Source: Monocercomonoides exilis PA203 (taxonomy: Eukaryota > Protista > Preaxostyla). Taken from it: 64,000 bases of DNA. The notes beneath the pieces are model-generated. The model did not search any database, was not told where the DNA came from, and worked only from the letters and a program-made list of their open reading frames with translations. This document shows positions 24,989-36,600 of this stretch, one piece after another; within the stretch, counting starts at the first letter, position 1; each line of letters opens with the position of its first letter. The stretch is taken from the NCBI GenBank assembly GCA_001643675.2, contig LSRY02000012.1:620001-684000 (forward strand), written 5' to 3'. The position numbers and the translations under genes were made by a program.

Positions 24989-27130
24989 TTATGAAAGTGA
25001 TATTTCCTCAGCAGGAAGTTGATCAATAGGATTTGGTTGATTGAGCTGAGCAGAAGGTGCGCTTGGTGCAACAGACTCCTTCGGAGGAGATGGCATTGCT
25101 TGTTCAGCTGTTTTGTCTATGTTGTTTTCTGCAGAGCCAACTTGAGGAGAATATTGCACTGGCTGCATAGGAATCACCGTCGGGCCCTGGGCAGGGTATG
25201 ACATCTGTTGCATGTGCTGCGGCTGGGCTTCATCAGCAACTGGCAAAGACGTGGGGTATTGTGTGTACATCGGCTGCTCATTGACCTGCTGCTGCAAATT
25301 GCCAAAAATGATGTTGTTGCGACGGTTAATCCTTTTGGAGACTTTACCAAGCGGGTCGCAATTGCATCCGCAGCAGCAGCAGCACGCACAGCACGTCCCG
25401 CCGCCGCAACAGCAGCAGCCACACCACGCACACAAGATAATCAGCACTGTGGCGACTGTGATAATTACGACTCCCAGCACAACCATCAGCACGATGAATC
25501 CAGGAGTCATCTCAAACGGCAGACTCATCCACCCGCTCTGGTCGCCAGTGTCGTCAACTGTGACTGTGGGCTCCTCTGATGATGAAGTGCAGTAATGAAA
25601 CGATTTTTTCGTAAGCAGTCCAGTGACTGTAACAGATCCAAACACATCGTTTCCACCTGCATAAATGGAAGACAGTAAGTATTTGTCATTGACTTCGGTT
25701 GATTCAAAAACAAAATCGTTTGAAGAAGATGAAGAGAGTAAAGATCCTCTTAGCGCTTCTAAAAGAGAATAAAATGAAGAACGACTTTGTTGTGCATAAG
25801 AAAATGCTTCTTTCGGAATATCTTGTCTTTTTGAAATTGATTTGGCTTTATTTGAGCGAAATGAGCATACTTCAAATTGAATTTTTGATGGAAGTGGAGT
25901 TTCTCCATCGTAAAGTCGATACATAAAAGAAATTGCCCCTCCAGCTCCTCTCTCAGCAGTATTCTTTCTGAAAGTGTCCGAGCCGAAGAAAAGTGTTGAA
26001 GCCAAATCAAAAATAGCCATAGCACCCCCAATTCCGGTGATGCTATCGCATTCTTTGAATGTCGATCCATTCACCAAAAGTCCATGATATAAATACTCCG
26101 TTGTAACCGCCCCTCCGCAGTGCTGTGCCAAGCAATTATCAAACGTACTTGCAAGTATACGCAGTTCTTGAGAAGCAAATATTGCTCCTCCGTTTCCATG
26201 TGCAGATGAACACAGCGAAAATTTACAAGAAGATATGCTCATTAAGTAATCCGCGTAACTTTCATTACAATTCATTGCAATTGCACCTCCCACTCCAGAA
26301 GAGCTCATTGTGACACATTGAACAAATTTACAGCTGAATACGCTTAAGTCTCCTCCATTCATCATGCATATTGCTCCTCCACCTCCCATGTTTTTGTCAG
26401 TGCATGAATCAAAATCAGTACTTCGAAATGTCGCATCGCCATCAAATATCTGCTGTTCTGAAATTTTTGTTTTTAAGCAGCGAACAAATGTCGAGTTTTC
26501 AACACGAATAATTCCGCCTTTTGTTCCTTGAATTATGTTTCCTTCAATTGGACTTTCACAACTTGAAAAATTACATTGGTTAACGTTCATTTGTTGAAAT
26601 TTTGACAATTTCAAAATTTTAGTTTTCAAGCAACCCGCTGAAACGTTCGAAAATGTACATTTTGTGAGAGAAATTGTGTCTGCCAGCGATGAAGAAATTA
26701 AAGGTTCGGGAGAATCGTTTCTTAAATTAGAAAAATCACATTCGTCCATTGAAAGATCTCCTTCGTTGCCATCCTGAATTGCACGTTGAAAAATAGGCGC
26801 ACGTGTAAGCATAAAATCAACTTTTAGCCGTATTAATAAGGTATTACTGTTATAGTTAATAACCAAAGGATATTCAACATTTGGCACAGTAACAGTGCAA
26901 TTGCAGATAGTAGCAAAACTATTACTTCGTAGAATCAAAGGATAAATAGTCTCTTTAAAGTTAATGTTTATGTTGCTTAAGTTAATTGAAGAATTAGCCG
27001 ACAAAAACGAATATTCTTGATTTTCTTTGTTTCGGTTCACAAATTCAATAACAGAGTTAGCGTTTTGGCCAAATGATAAACCGTTCTGCGCAGCATAAAT
27101 TACAAATTGGAATAAAAAAACAAGAATCAT
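24989..27130 (-). CDS. Second PMP-like beta-helix type I membrane protein, tandem paralog
   Basis: Signal peptide; about six GGA(I/V/M) repeats; GGNDVF; TM then CAWCGCCCCGGGTCCACCCCCGCNC; Q/P/Y-rich tail. Confidence 0.85.
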   Translation of the reverse strand: MILVFLFQFVIYAAQNGLSFGQNANSVIEFVNRNKENQEYSFLSANSSINLSNININFKETIYPLILRSNSFATICNCTVTVPNVEYPLVINYNSNTLLIRLKVDFMLTRAPIFQRAIQDGNEGDLSMDECDFSNLRNDSPEPLISSSLADTISLTKCTFSNVSAGCLKTKILKLSKFQQMNVNQCNFSSCESPIEGNIIQGTKGGIIRVENSTFVRCLKTKISEQQIFDGDATFRSTDFDSCTDKNMGGGGAICMMNGGDLSVFSCKFVQCVTMSSSGVGGAIAMNCNESYADYLMSISSCKFSLCSSAHGNGGAIFASQELRILASTFDNCLAQHCGGAVTTEYLYHGLLVNGSTFKECDSITGIGGAMAIFDLASTLFFGSDTFRKNTAERGAGGAISFMYRLYDGETPLPSKIQFEVCSFRSNKAKSISKRQDIPKEAFSYAQQSRSSFYSLLEALRGSLLSSSSSNDFVFESTEVNDKYLLSSIYAGGNDVFGSVTVTGLLTKKSFHYCTSSSEEPTVTVDDTGDQSGWMSLPFEMTPGFIVLMVVLGVVIITVATVLIILCAWCGCCCCGGGTCCACCCCCGCNCDPLGKVSKRINRRNNIIFGNLQQQVNEQPMYTQYPTSLPVADEAQPQHMQQMSYPAQGPTVIPMQPVQYSPQVGSAENNIDKTAEQAMPSPPKESVAPSAPSAQLNQPNPIDQLPAEEISLS

Positions 27131-27426
27131 TTAAACGCAAAACCAGCAATTATAAAAAAAGCTTAAAAAACAAATATTTATGGGCAAATAAATATTGATT
27201 AAAAAAATGTTTTTCGTTTCGATCAAAAGAAATAACTGCAATCTTCGAATTTACACTATTATTTTATTAATAATTCAATTGGTGAATAACATATAACGAG
27301 TAAATTGAATGATTTTGATTAATGACCAACATCACTTTGTTTTTCTATTATTCACTGTGTGATCATTGATTGGTGCTTAAAAAGGGACAGATCTAATTTA
27401 TTTTCGATCAAAAAACTAATACACTC

Positions 27427-27813
27427 ATGGGTGAATGGGCACAAGGTACTTTTGGATGCTTTGGAGATATTAAAGCGTGCTGCTTGGGTTTGTTAATTTT
27501 TTTCTGTCGGATCTATGTTTTTATTATGAATAATCTCTTAATTTTTTAATTAGGATATATTACTGCTCCATGCACAATTGGAAGCATGATTGCACATGTT
27601 TATGGAGAAGAATGTGGATTCAAGCATTGCTGCATTGGAATGTTCATTCCCTTCCTTGCACTGGTCAGATATGAAATTCGTTTGAAGGAAGGTATTGCTG
27701 GCGATTCATGCAGCGATTGTATCCACGTGACTTTCCTTATGCCATGTGGGTTCTGCCAAACTGTGAAACAATATAAGAATGCAGGCTGCCAGTTCAAGCC
27801 TATTGCTTTGTAA
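27427..27813 (+). CDS. PLAC8/cornifelin-family Cys-rich protein (exons 27427-27487, 27554-27813)
   Basis: MGEWAQGTFGCFGDIKACCLG|YITAPC...RYEIRLKEGIAGDSCSDC...PCGFCQ; 66-nt phase-1 intron. Confidence 0.9.
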
Positions 27814-28879
27814 ATAGAGTTTTATAGAGTGATAGAAATACTTATAATGTAAATGAGAATGTTTACTGTTGTTTTTTTATAAGTGCATATCAATTATCGT
27901 TCTCTCTTAATTTGATGGGCGGCATACACATTTCTTTCTGCCTGTCTTTTTTAAAATAATCTTTTTTCAAATCGTTGTAAATTTTTGGAAAGTTTTAGAG
28001 GTTCGTTAATCTAAACATGTGAATAGTGAAGATAACATGTATTATTTTTTTCCACAATATTTAAAAATTGATTGATGATGCAAAAGCATTGAATGAAAAG
28101 TTAGGCTACTGATTAATCTGTCCAATTTTTGATGTTATTTTTGTTAATCAATGATTCTTTGAAAGAAAATGCATAAAATAATGGTTTCAATTATTTGCTA
28201 ATTTTGAATTTCATGAAAATGAATCTGATGACTTCATTTTTGCTTTAAATAGAGAATTTAGAAAGGACGGGATTATTTATCGAAATAATCATAGATATAG
28301 ATTTTCAACATATGACTGTTTTTTGGTAAATACACCTTTATTTTTCGAAAAAATAATATTGGCATAATGACAAATTTGAAATGTGAACGTAGGGGAGAAT
28401 TTTCAGTGAATCTTTTTTTTCAAATTTCATATTTTTCATCAATAATTAGGAAAACAAAAAACTTTTCTGTTTATCATTGTTGGATATAATGTGAATAATA
28501 ACAATATTATCTTATAATCAGTTTTTTTCTAAAATTGTGAGATTTATTTAGAAATTATAACTTTTTTCGTGGTATTTATTTATCAGAGGCTATTTATCAT
28601 TGAAAAGAGATTTTGTATTTCTATTGATAATTAACAAAAACTGTTTTTTAAAACAAATGTTTTTGAATTAATAAAGATGAAGATGTTTTTTATAAGCCTT
28701 TTCGTTCTTCAATGTTCATTTGTTAATGTTCAAAAAATTTTTTTCTGTCAAATATTTTTGACGAATAATTATGACAACAAAAATAATCACAGTTTTTTAT
28801 ACTTTTTCCACATTGACAAATATAATTAAATATTTTTTCTTTCAAATAGTATTTTTTTATAACAAAAAATACTCAGATA

Positions 28880-29257
28880 CAGTTTGTGCAAAAAATACCG
28901 GACATCGCAAAAAATACCGGACAAGATCGATTTCTCAATAACCGAAAGAGGAATAATACTAACATTTTTCCTCAAAATATATCTCATCAATACAAACTCA
29001 CGTGACATTCGAGACTTTCAGGACATCTTCGCTTGAGTTCAGAAAAAATAAATGATTATAATCTCGGAGAAACTCAAAACACTAATACTCTGAGATTTTT
29101 ATAATAATTTTTTCTGAACTCAAGCGAAGATGTCCTGAAAGTCTCGAATGTCACGTGAGTTTGTATTGATGAGATATATTTTGAGGGAAGGTGTTAGAAT
29201 TATTCCTCTTTCGGTTATTGAGAAATCGATCTTGTCCTGTATTTTTTGCACAAACTG
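28880..29257. mobile_element. Palindromic Tc1/mariner-like MITE, copy 1 (378 bp, TA target duplications)
   Basis: TA|CAGTTTGTGCAAAAAATAC...GTATTTTTTGCACAAACTG|TA; ~165-185-bp near-perfect arms; CAGT terminus with TA flanks is Tc1-like. Confidence 0.85.
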
Positions 29258-30640
29258 TATCTTCGATTTAACATAGGTTAAAAATTTCACAAGCAAATCG
29301 AAAAAAATGTCAATATGTGTGATTATTTTAAAAGAAAAAATAATCTGATAGATATTTCAATTTTTTTTTGAAAATTAGTTTCGAATGTTCAAATATAAAA
29401 ATTGTCAAGTGACACATTAAAATCAAGATTTAATTTGTCTTTTTTAAAAATCCAAAATGACTCATAAGACAACTGAAATGAATGCAGTTTTTGATAGAAA
29501 AATAGTTATTCCAAAGACACAAAACCATTTTGTAATTAAAACATCGACCAAAATTATCTTTTCATTAATAATCATCAATATGAACATGTATTCAAATGGG
29601 TGATTCTTTTTGATTTAATGTTTTTCCCATCAAAATATTCGAATTTACATTTTGTGGCAAATACTAAGAAATCAATCAATGTTTTGATCAAAATCGTCAA
29701 TGTGCTTTTCTGTCTTTCAATGACAACATGAATCTGAGAGACATTAATTTGAAAACATGAAAATCTTTTATGAAAATTCTTTTGCAAGTGATTGTGAATC
29801 AGAAAATTATTCATTCTCCGAAAAATGTCATGATTTCAAAAATAATCACCCAAATAAACATATAATTTGTTGTAAGGTGTTTTATTTTTCTTTGAAAAGT
29901 TGCTTCAATGAAAGATTCCAGTGAATTTTAATTTCTTATTTTAGAAAAAATTTTGTTCCCATTTATGAAATTTGAGTGGAATAAAAATTTTTTTACTTGA
30001 CAATGTTTCTATTGTCATAAAAAAATGTTTTTCATAAGCGGGAAAATGTTTTTTAATAAAATTTTGAGTTTTTTATTTAAACTCGAAAAATGACTTGAAG
30101 AAACTTTTCAGAAAAAATAATTGTTAATTTTAATAAAAAAAAGAAAAAACAATTTGAAATTCAAAGAAATGAAATTGACAGGTTTTTAATTTTTTTGAGT
30201 TTTCAATTAACTGATTCATTATTTTATGTTTTCTTCGAAAATTTAATTCACAAAACATACAACAACAATAATGAAAATAGCAGGTTTGAAGAATTGCTTC
30301 ATTTCAGTTTATCAAAATATCTTTTTCTATTTCTCTTTTTTTTCCAAATGGAAGAATGTTTATTGTTAGAAATGATTTTAAAAACAATTATCCAAATGTC
30401 ATTATTAATTTCTTTTTGGAAAATTTTCACATGTTACAAACTTTGCAGGATATTTTTTACGCTATCAAGCATCATTTTGAAAATTGTTTGATTCACATGG
30501 TTGATCCTTTAAAAAATCATACGTTCGTTCGAGCTTAAATCAAAATCAAATCCTTTAAGTGTTTATTCAAAAACATTCATATATCAAAGCAAAATCGAAA
30601 ATAGAATACATTTCGTTCAAGTCTCCATTTCATCCAGATA

Positions 30641-31467
30641 CACCAAAAATTATTCAACATCGAAAAACTTTAATTCAAAATCGAAAAAGTTTAATTCGAA
30701 ATCGAAAATATTTAATTCAACATCGAAAATGTTTAATTCAAAATCGAAAAAGAAGTTAATTTGTTTGAAATTTCAATTCAAGTCAAAACCAAGGAAATTT
30801 TTTTGATACAAATGAAAATCATAACAAATGTTCATTTATTGGAAATACTTTCCTTTTATTTTGAACTACGGTTTTCGATAATTTCGACTGATATCCGTTG
30901 ATTTTTTTCTCATTTTGAAAATTGAAAATGTTTTAATTTATCTGTTTCATATTCAACAAATGAATTTCAAACGTTTCATAACAAATGGATTAGATTGATT
31001 TAAGTATTTTTGTGCACAAAACAAGATCATGAACTATCATATCACTTTTATTTTTTACAAAAATTCTTCATTATCTCCTGAATACATGTGAAGAGTTTAA
31101 TCAAAATTCAGTTTTATCCTATTTCCTCTATTTCACACAATCAAACACCAAAAAACATCAAAAAATATTTTTCTTATTGAAATTGACAAATTTCTCAGAT
31201 CTTGCTTCGAAATAAAAGAAACTGACATGAGCATGAATTTTTAAATTTTTTTCAAATTTTTTGATGATTAAGAATTTTCGATGTTGAATTAAACTTTTTC
31301 GATTTCGAATTAAACTTTTTCGATTTCGAATTAAAGTTTTCCGATTTCGAATAATAATTTTCGATTTTGAATTAAAGTTTTTCGATGTTGTTTTAAACTT
31401 TTTCGATTTCGAATTAAAGTTTTTCGATCTTGAATTAAAGTTTTTCGATCTTGAATAATTTTTGGTG
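30641..31467. mobile_element. Foldback-type non-autonomous DNA transposon, 827 bp, with 21-bp subterminal tandem arrays
   Basis: TA|CACCAAAAATTATTCAA...TTGAATAATTTTTGGTG|TA; unit ~AATCGAAAAAGTTTAATTCAA about 5 times on the left and 9 times inverted on the right. Confidence 0.8.
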
Positions 31468-31997
31468 TATTCCACGAAAAAAAACGTAATTTGTTCATAT
31501 TTCTCAAAAGTGAGAAATATTTCTATTGAATCACCCACATAAAAGACTTATCAGTTTTTTATAAACGAAAATTCAAAATAACAATCAGTTAAAATTTTCT
31601 ATCTGTGACTAGTAGAAAGAAATATTTCATGCATCATGAGAAAACTTTCATGGAATGAATTTTTTGAAGAATATGTTTTCAAAAATAAAAATTCGAAAAA
31701 GTGTATTTCTTTGAAATGATATAAATGAAAGAATATTCAATTTCAAAAATTGAAAAATCGAAATTGAAAGCATTTATTGTTTTTCAATAATTTTTCTTCC
31801 TTAAAGCTATAAATAGATTAAAACTTTTTTATTTTTTGTGAAAAAACATAAATATGTTAATTTGAAATTTATCACTATTTTTATACAATTGGAATTATTG
31901 TATTTTTGAATGATTTTGATTGTTTAAATAATCTAACAAATAAAATACGAATAAAAATTTTATGGAACGATTAATGATCAATTGAAGAAAATCAAAA

Positions 31998-33038
31998 ATG
32001 AACATTGAAAAGAAATCAGGCTCAAAAGTGCTTAATAAAACGCCTGCACCAATACAAATAACTGCAGAGCATCTTTTAATTAAAACAAAAGAACTTCAAG
32101 AGCGCGAGATCATTCACCCTGAACAGAGGATCATTGATGCTGAAGAATTGCTTGAATTTAGGTACTAACTTTCTCAACAACTTCGTTTTAATTAGACTTA
32201 TCTTGTGTTAATTATTATTGAAATCTAGAACACGAAAGAGAAAAGAATTTGAAGATAAAGTTCGACTTCATCGTTTTCGAATTGGAGGATGGATGATGTA
32301 TGCGAGATTCGAAGAAGAGCAACAGGATTTTGAAAGGTTTGCTTTTATCTAATTTACAAAATAATATTATACAATGATTCACAGAGCACGCTCAATATAC
32401 GAACGAGCACTTCAAGTTGATGAAAAGAATGTGACAATATGGTTGAAATATGCAGAAATGGAAATGAAAAACGGAAATATTAATCATGCACGAAATGTGT
32501 ATAATCGAGCTACGTATCTTTTACCTCGGCATAACATTCTTTGGTACAAATATGTGAATATGGAAGAACATTTGGGAAATGTTGCGCAAGCAAGAGAAAT
32601 ATTTTGGAGATGGATGGCCACAGGTCCAGAAGCAGATGCATGGAAATCTTTTATTCGGATGGAAATGCGATATAATGAGAAAGATAAAGCAAAAGAAGTG
32701 TTTGAAGCATTTGTGAGATATCATCCAACAGAGGATACTTTTTTGAGATATGCCAAATGGGCAGAAAAAGGAATTAATCCCGAAGCAGCAAGAGAAGTAT
32801 ACGAAAGAGGAATAGGGATGCTTGGGGAAGACGAAGTTTCAGAAGATTTCTGGGTTGCTTACGCTGAATTTGAAGAAAGAGAAAAAGAGATCAGAAAATC
32901 ACGGGATGTCTTTAGACGAGGAATCGACGCCTTGACTAGAAAAACACTAGCTGCGTCTTCGTCTTCTTCATCTCTATCTTCAGGCAATGCAGATCTCGCA
33001 ACACCCACACAAACGTATGCATTGCAACAACTGTTGGA

Positions 33039-33105
<67 letters not shown>

Positions 33106-33642
33106 GCTTTGGTTTTCTTGTAAATGAATGTTCTGGGGAATAGTAGCCTTACTGTACAATTATTTGTAACAATCACTTTTTTTTCGTGCTTTCTTTTTCA
33201 TCATCGCCAACTTTATTTATTTATTCTTTCACTTATAATGCTTTCTTTTCTTTTCTTTCTGATATCCTTTGAATAATCTCTTTTCAAATGAAAACACAAA
33301 AAAATTTCCTTCAACACATATTTGAATAGTGTCAGTGCATTTTCTGCAACAGCGCGCCTGTTTTCGCTTCTAACTGCGTTTGAGCAGCGGCACGGGCTGA
33401 TGTTAGAGGAAGAGATGGAAGGAGAAGGGAAAGGCGGGAAAGGAGGGAAAGGGAGGGGAAGAGGGCTGAACATTGTGGGGGAGATGGAGCGAGTACTGTA
33501 TGAGAAGAAGAAGAGAGAGTATGAGGAGTCTGTGCTAGTGGATGGGGGGGACTACGACTCGTGGTTTGACTACATCGCAATGGAAGAGAGCAGAGGCATT
33601 GAAAAAGAGAAAGTGTGTGGATTGATGGAATGAATGAAGAAA

Positions 33643-33697
<55 letters not shown>

Positions 33698-36312
33698 AAG
33701 AAAGAAAGAAAGAAAGAAATTTGGATATTATCTTTTATATATTTCGAATGAAAATTTATTTATTTATTGATTTTCATATTTGTTTATTTATATTTTTATT
33801 CATTAATTCATTTCAATTTTTCTTAAAATTTTCAGATCCGAGAATTATACGAGCGAGCAATTGGGTGTGTCCCACCGGCAGAAGAAAAGCCGTTGTGGAA
33901 GCGATATATTCATCTTTGGATCAGATATGCTCTGTTTGAAGAGCTCGACTGCGATGTGTGTAGATCAATTTAAAAAAAAAATGAATGAATGGAGAATTGT
34001 TATGAAGGAAATCTGTTTATTGAATTTCATGATTTCTATTTTGTTGTTATTATTATTATAAATTTGTTTATTTATGCATTTCTGATATTTACCATTTTAT
34101 CAAAAATATTCATTATATTCATATGTTAATTAATTTTATTCTGTCTTTTATTTTCTTCCTGTCCTTTCCTTCCCTTCTCTTTCTCTCTTTTTTTCTTTCA
34201 GGACCCCCACCGCGCCCTCTCCGTCTACGACACGTGCATTGCTCTTATCCCCCACAAGAAGTTCACTTTCAGCCGTGTGTGGGAGCTGAAGGCGCAGCTG
34301 GAGCTTCGACTGGGAAAGCTGAAGGCAGCGCGGATGACGCTGGGAAGAGGGCTGGGGCTGCATCCGACGCGGTCGCTGTACAAACACTACATCGAAATGG
34401 AAAAGAAGCTGGGCGAAGGCGAAAGGGTGAGGATTCTGATGGAGAAGAGAGTGAAGTGGAGGACAGGGGACGTGGAAGGCTGGCTGGAGTGGGCGAGATA
34501 TGAGGAGGAAGAAGGAGAAATTGACAGGGCTAGAGGTGTGTGTGAGTGAGCATGTGGCTTTATCGCTGCTGTGAATATTTATATTCGTCATGATCTTTTT
34601 TTTAAACTTTAATTTCTTTCTTTGTTATTTTATTTATTTATTTATTTATTTTTTTTTTATGGGTTCATTTTCTTTTGATTGAAATTCTGATTATTTTTGA
34701 AAAAAATTTCAACATTTTATAATTTTATTTATTTTATAAAAATTTTCTTCTTCATTCATCCATATTTTTTTAATTTTTCTCCTTCTCTCCTTATCTTCTC
34801 TTTTTTTCTCTTTTTTTCTCTCTTTTTCTCTTTTCTTCTCTCTTTCTCTTTCCTTCTCTTTCCTTCTCTCTTTTGTTCTTTCTCATCCATATATTTAACA
34901 GGTATCCTGAACATAGCGTTTGACCATCTGTCGACGATGGACGAAGGAGGAGAGCTTCTTCTCAAATCGTTTGTGGAGTTCGAAATTGAATACGGCGATG
35001 ATGACAGTGTTAGAGGTGTGCACACTTGAAATCTTCTTTCATTTGTGAAATTTATTCATTTGCATTGCTTTTTTCCTGGATTATTCATTTTTTGTTCTAT
35101 CTTGATCAACAATTTGTTTTCTCTTTTAATCTTTTTATGAAATAATTTCCAAATTTCTAAACAATAATATTTTCCTTTCTTCATCATTATTAACCAAATT
35201 AATAAAAAATCGCAGCACTCTATCGACGATTCTTGGAGGAAGTGCCCGATGTGCGTGTTTGGGTCTCATTTGCGATGTTTGAGCTGGAGAAAGGGCAGCA
35301 CCGTCCACAAGAAGAAAAAAGCAAAGTCGAAAACGAGAGCGAAGCAGAAGATGAATACAGAATGAAAGCTGATTCGAAAGAGGCAGCGAAAGAAGCAGAG
35401 ATATCTGTGCCTTCTTCCACGTGCATTTCAGACGCCAGAAAGGTGTTTGCCGCAGCAGACCAAGCGCTGGGTGCGAATATCGAGCAGCTGCAGAAAGAGA
35501 GGCGGGAGGAAGAGCAGAGAGAGGCAGAGAAGCAGCGGGCGATGCTGCTGGCGACGTGGCTGGACTTCGAGAAGGCGTTTGGCTCGGCGGCGGATGTGCA
35601 GAAAGTGGAGAGGATGATGCCGAAGGTGAAAGTGGAGAGGAAGCGGGTGAGGTTGAGTGGAGAGGAAGGAGAGGAAGGAGAGGGAGAAATGGAAGAAGTA
35701 GAGACGTATTCGTTCCCTGGAGACAGAGGCGGGGACAGAGTGAAGTCGCTGATGGAGGCAGCAGCGCGGATAGCAGCGATGAAAGGGAAGATGAGAAGAG
35801 AAGAAGAGAGAGAAGGAGAAGGAGAAGGAGAAGGAGAAGGAGAGGGAGAGGGAGATAGAATGAGAGGAGGAGTTGAAGAGAAGCTGTTTGAAGGGAAGAT
35901 GGAGAAGGATGTGGGGCCTGGGGAAGAGCAGAGGAGGATGCTTGGAGACAGAGAGGATGAAGGAGAAGATGACATTGATGATGAAATTGATATTTCTCGT
36001 GCTATTCAGCAGGACGAAAAGCCAAGTGGAGAGAAAGAAGACAGGAGACAACCAAGAAGATCGCAGTATTTGAAAGAAGATGCGGACGAAAGAATAAGAA
36101 TGGAACACGATGATGATGGAGAAGGAGAAGAAGAAGATGAAGAAAACAGATCCAGGAAGAAACGGAATGCAGAGGGAAATCAGCTGACAAATGTTGATGT
36201 GAAGGTGAAGGATGAGCTTGGTGTTATTCGCGATACTTCTCATTCAAGTGCCTCGAATGTGGTGGGGCAGTCCATTGACATCAACGATGACGATGATGAC
36301 GATGATGAGTAA
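31998..36312 (+). CDS. CRNKL1: Crooked-neck/Clf1/Syf3 HAT-repeat splicing factor (about 8 exons)
   Basis: [17 protein letters not shown]; [13 protein letters not shown]; [10 protein letters not shown]; YDSWFDYI; [35 protein letters not shown]; [12 protein letters not shown]. Confidence 0.95.
33041..33100 (+). repeat. T60 homopolymer in a CRNKL1 intron
   Basis: direct reading; probable donor GTATGC at 33015. Confidence 0.9.
33650..33719. repeat. (GA)n followed by (GAAA)n microsatellite, intronic
   Basis: direct reading. Confidence 0.95.
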
Positions 36313-36600
36313 GTCATCATAAAGGAATCTTCATTTTCTTTTATTCTTTTCATTTTATTTCCTGGTTTTGTATTTTGTCATCTGCTTTTTGAATTACAAA
36401 AAGACAATTTTTATACAGTTTTCAAATTGTTTTGAATAAAAAAAATTGAAAGTGGAATCAAAACGAAAAGCTTTTCCGAAGAGAAAAAATCCGAAAAATA
36501 AGAAAAAATTAATAATATTATAAAAACAACACATTTATTGAGAATACATAAAGTGAAACTTAAACAATCAATTCAACAAAGTTTCATCAAGTGCTCTTCG

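Noticed and set aside
28826-29008. Small ORFs overlapping the MITEs (also 43416-43642)
   Set aside because: No transposase motifs; chance ORFs within non-coding TIRs
30559-31538. ORFs with IQNRKSL/SKNFNS repeats, and the 21-bp array as a possible CRISPR
   Set aside because: Translation artefacts of the foldback arrays; units are contiguous with no unique spacers, no cas genes, and the context is eukaryotic
33040-33102. Poly-Phe C-terminus or retroposon poly-A tail
   Set aside because: Lies in an intron after donor GTATGC at 33015; no retroelement body or TSD seen; length may be an assembly artefact
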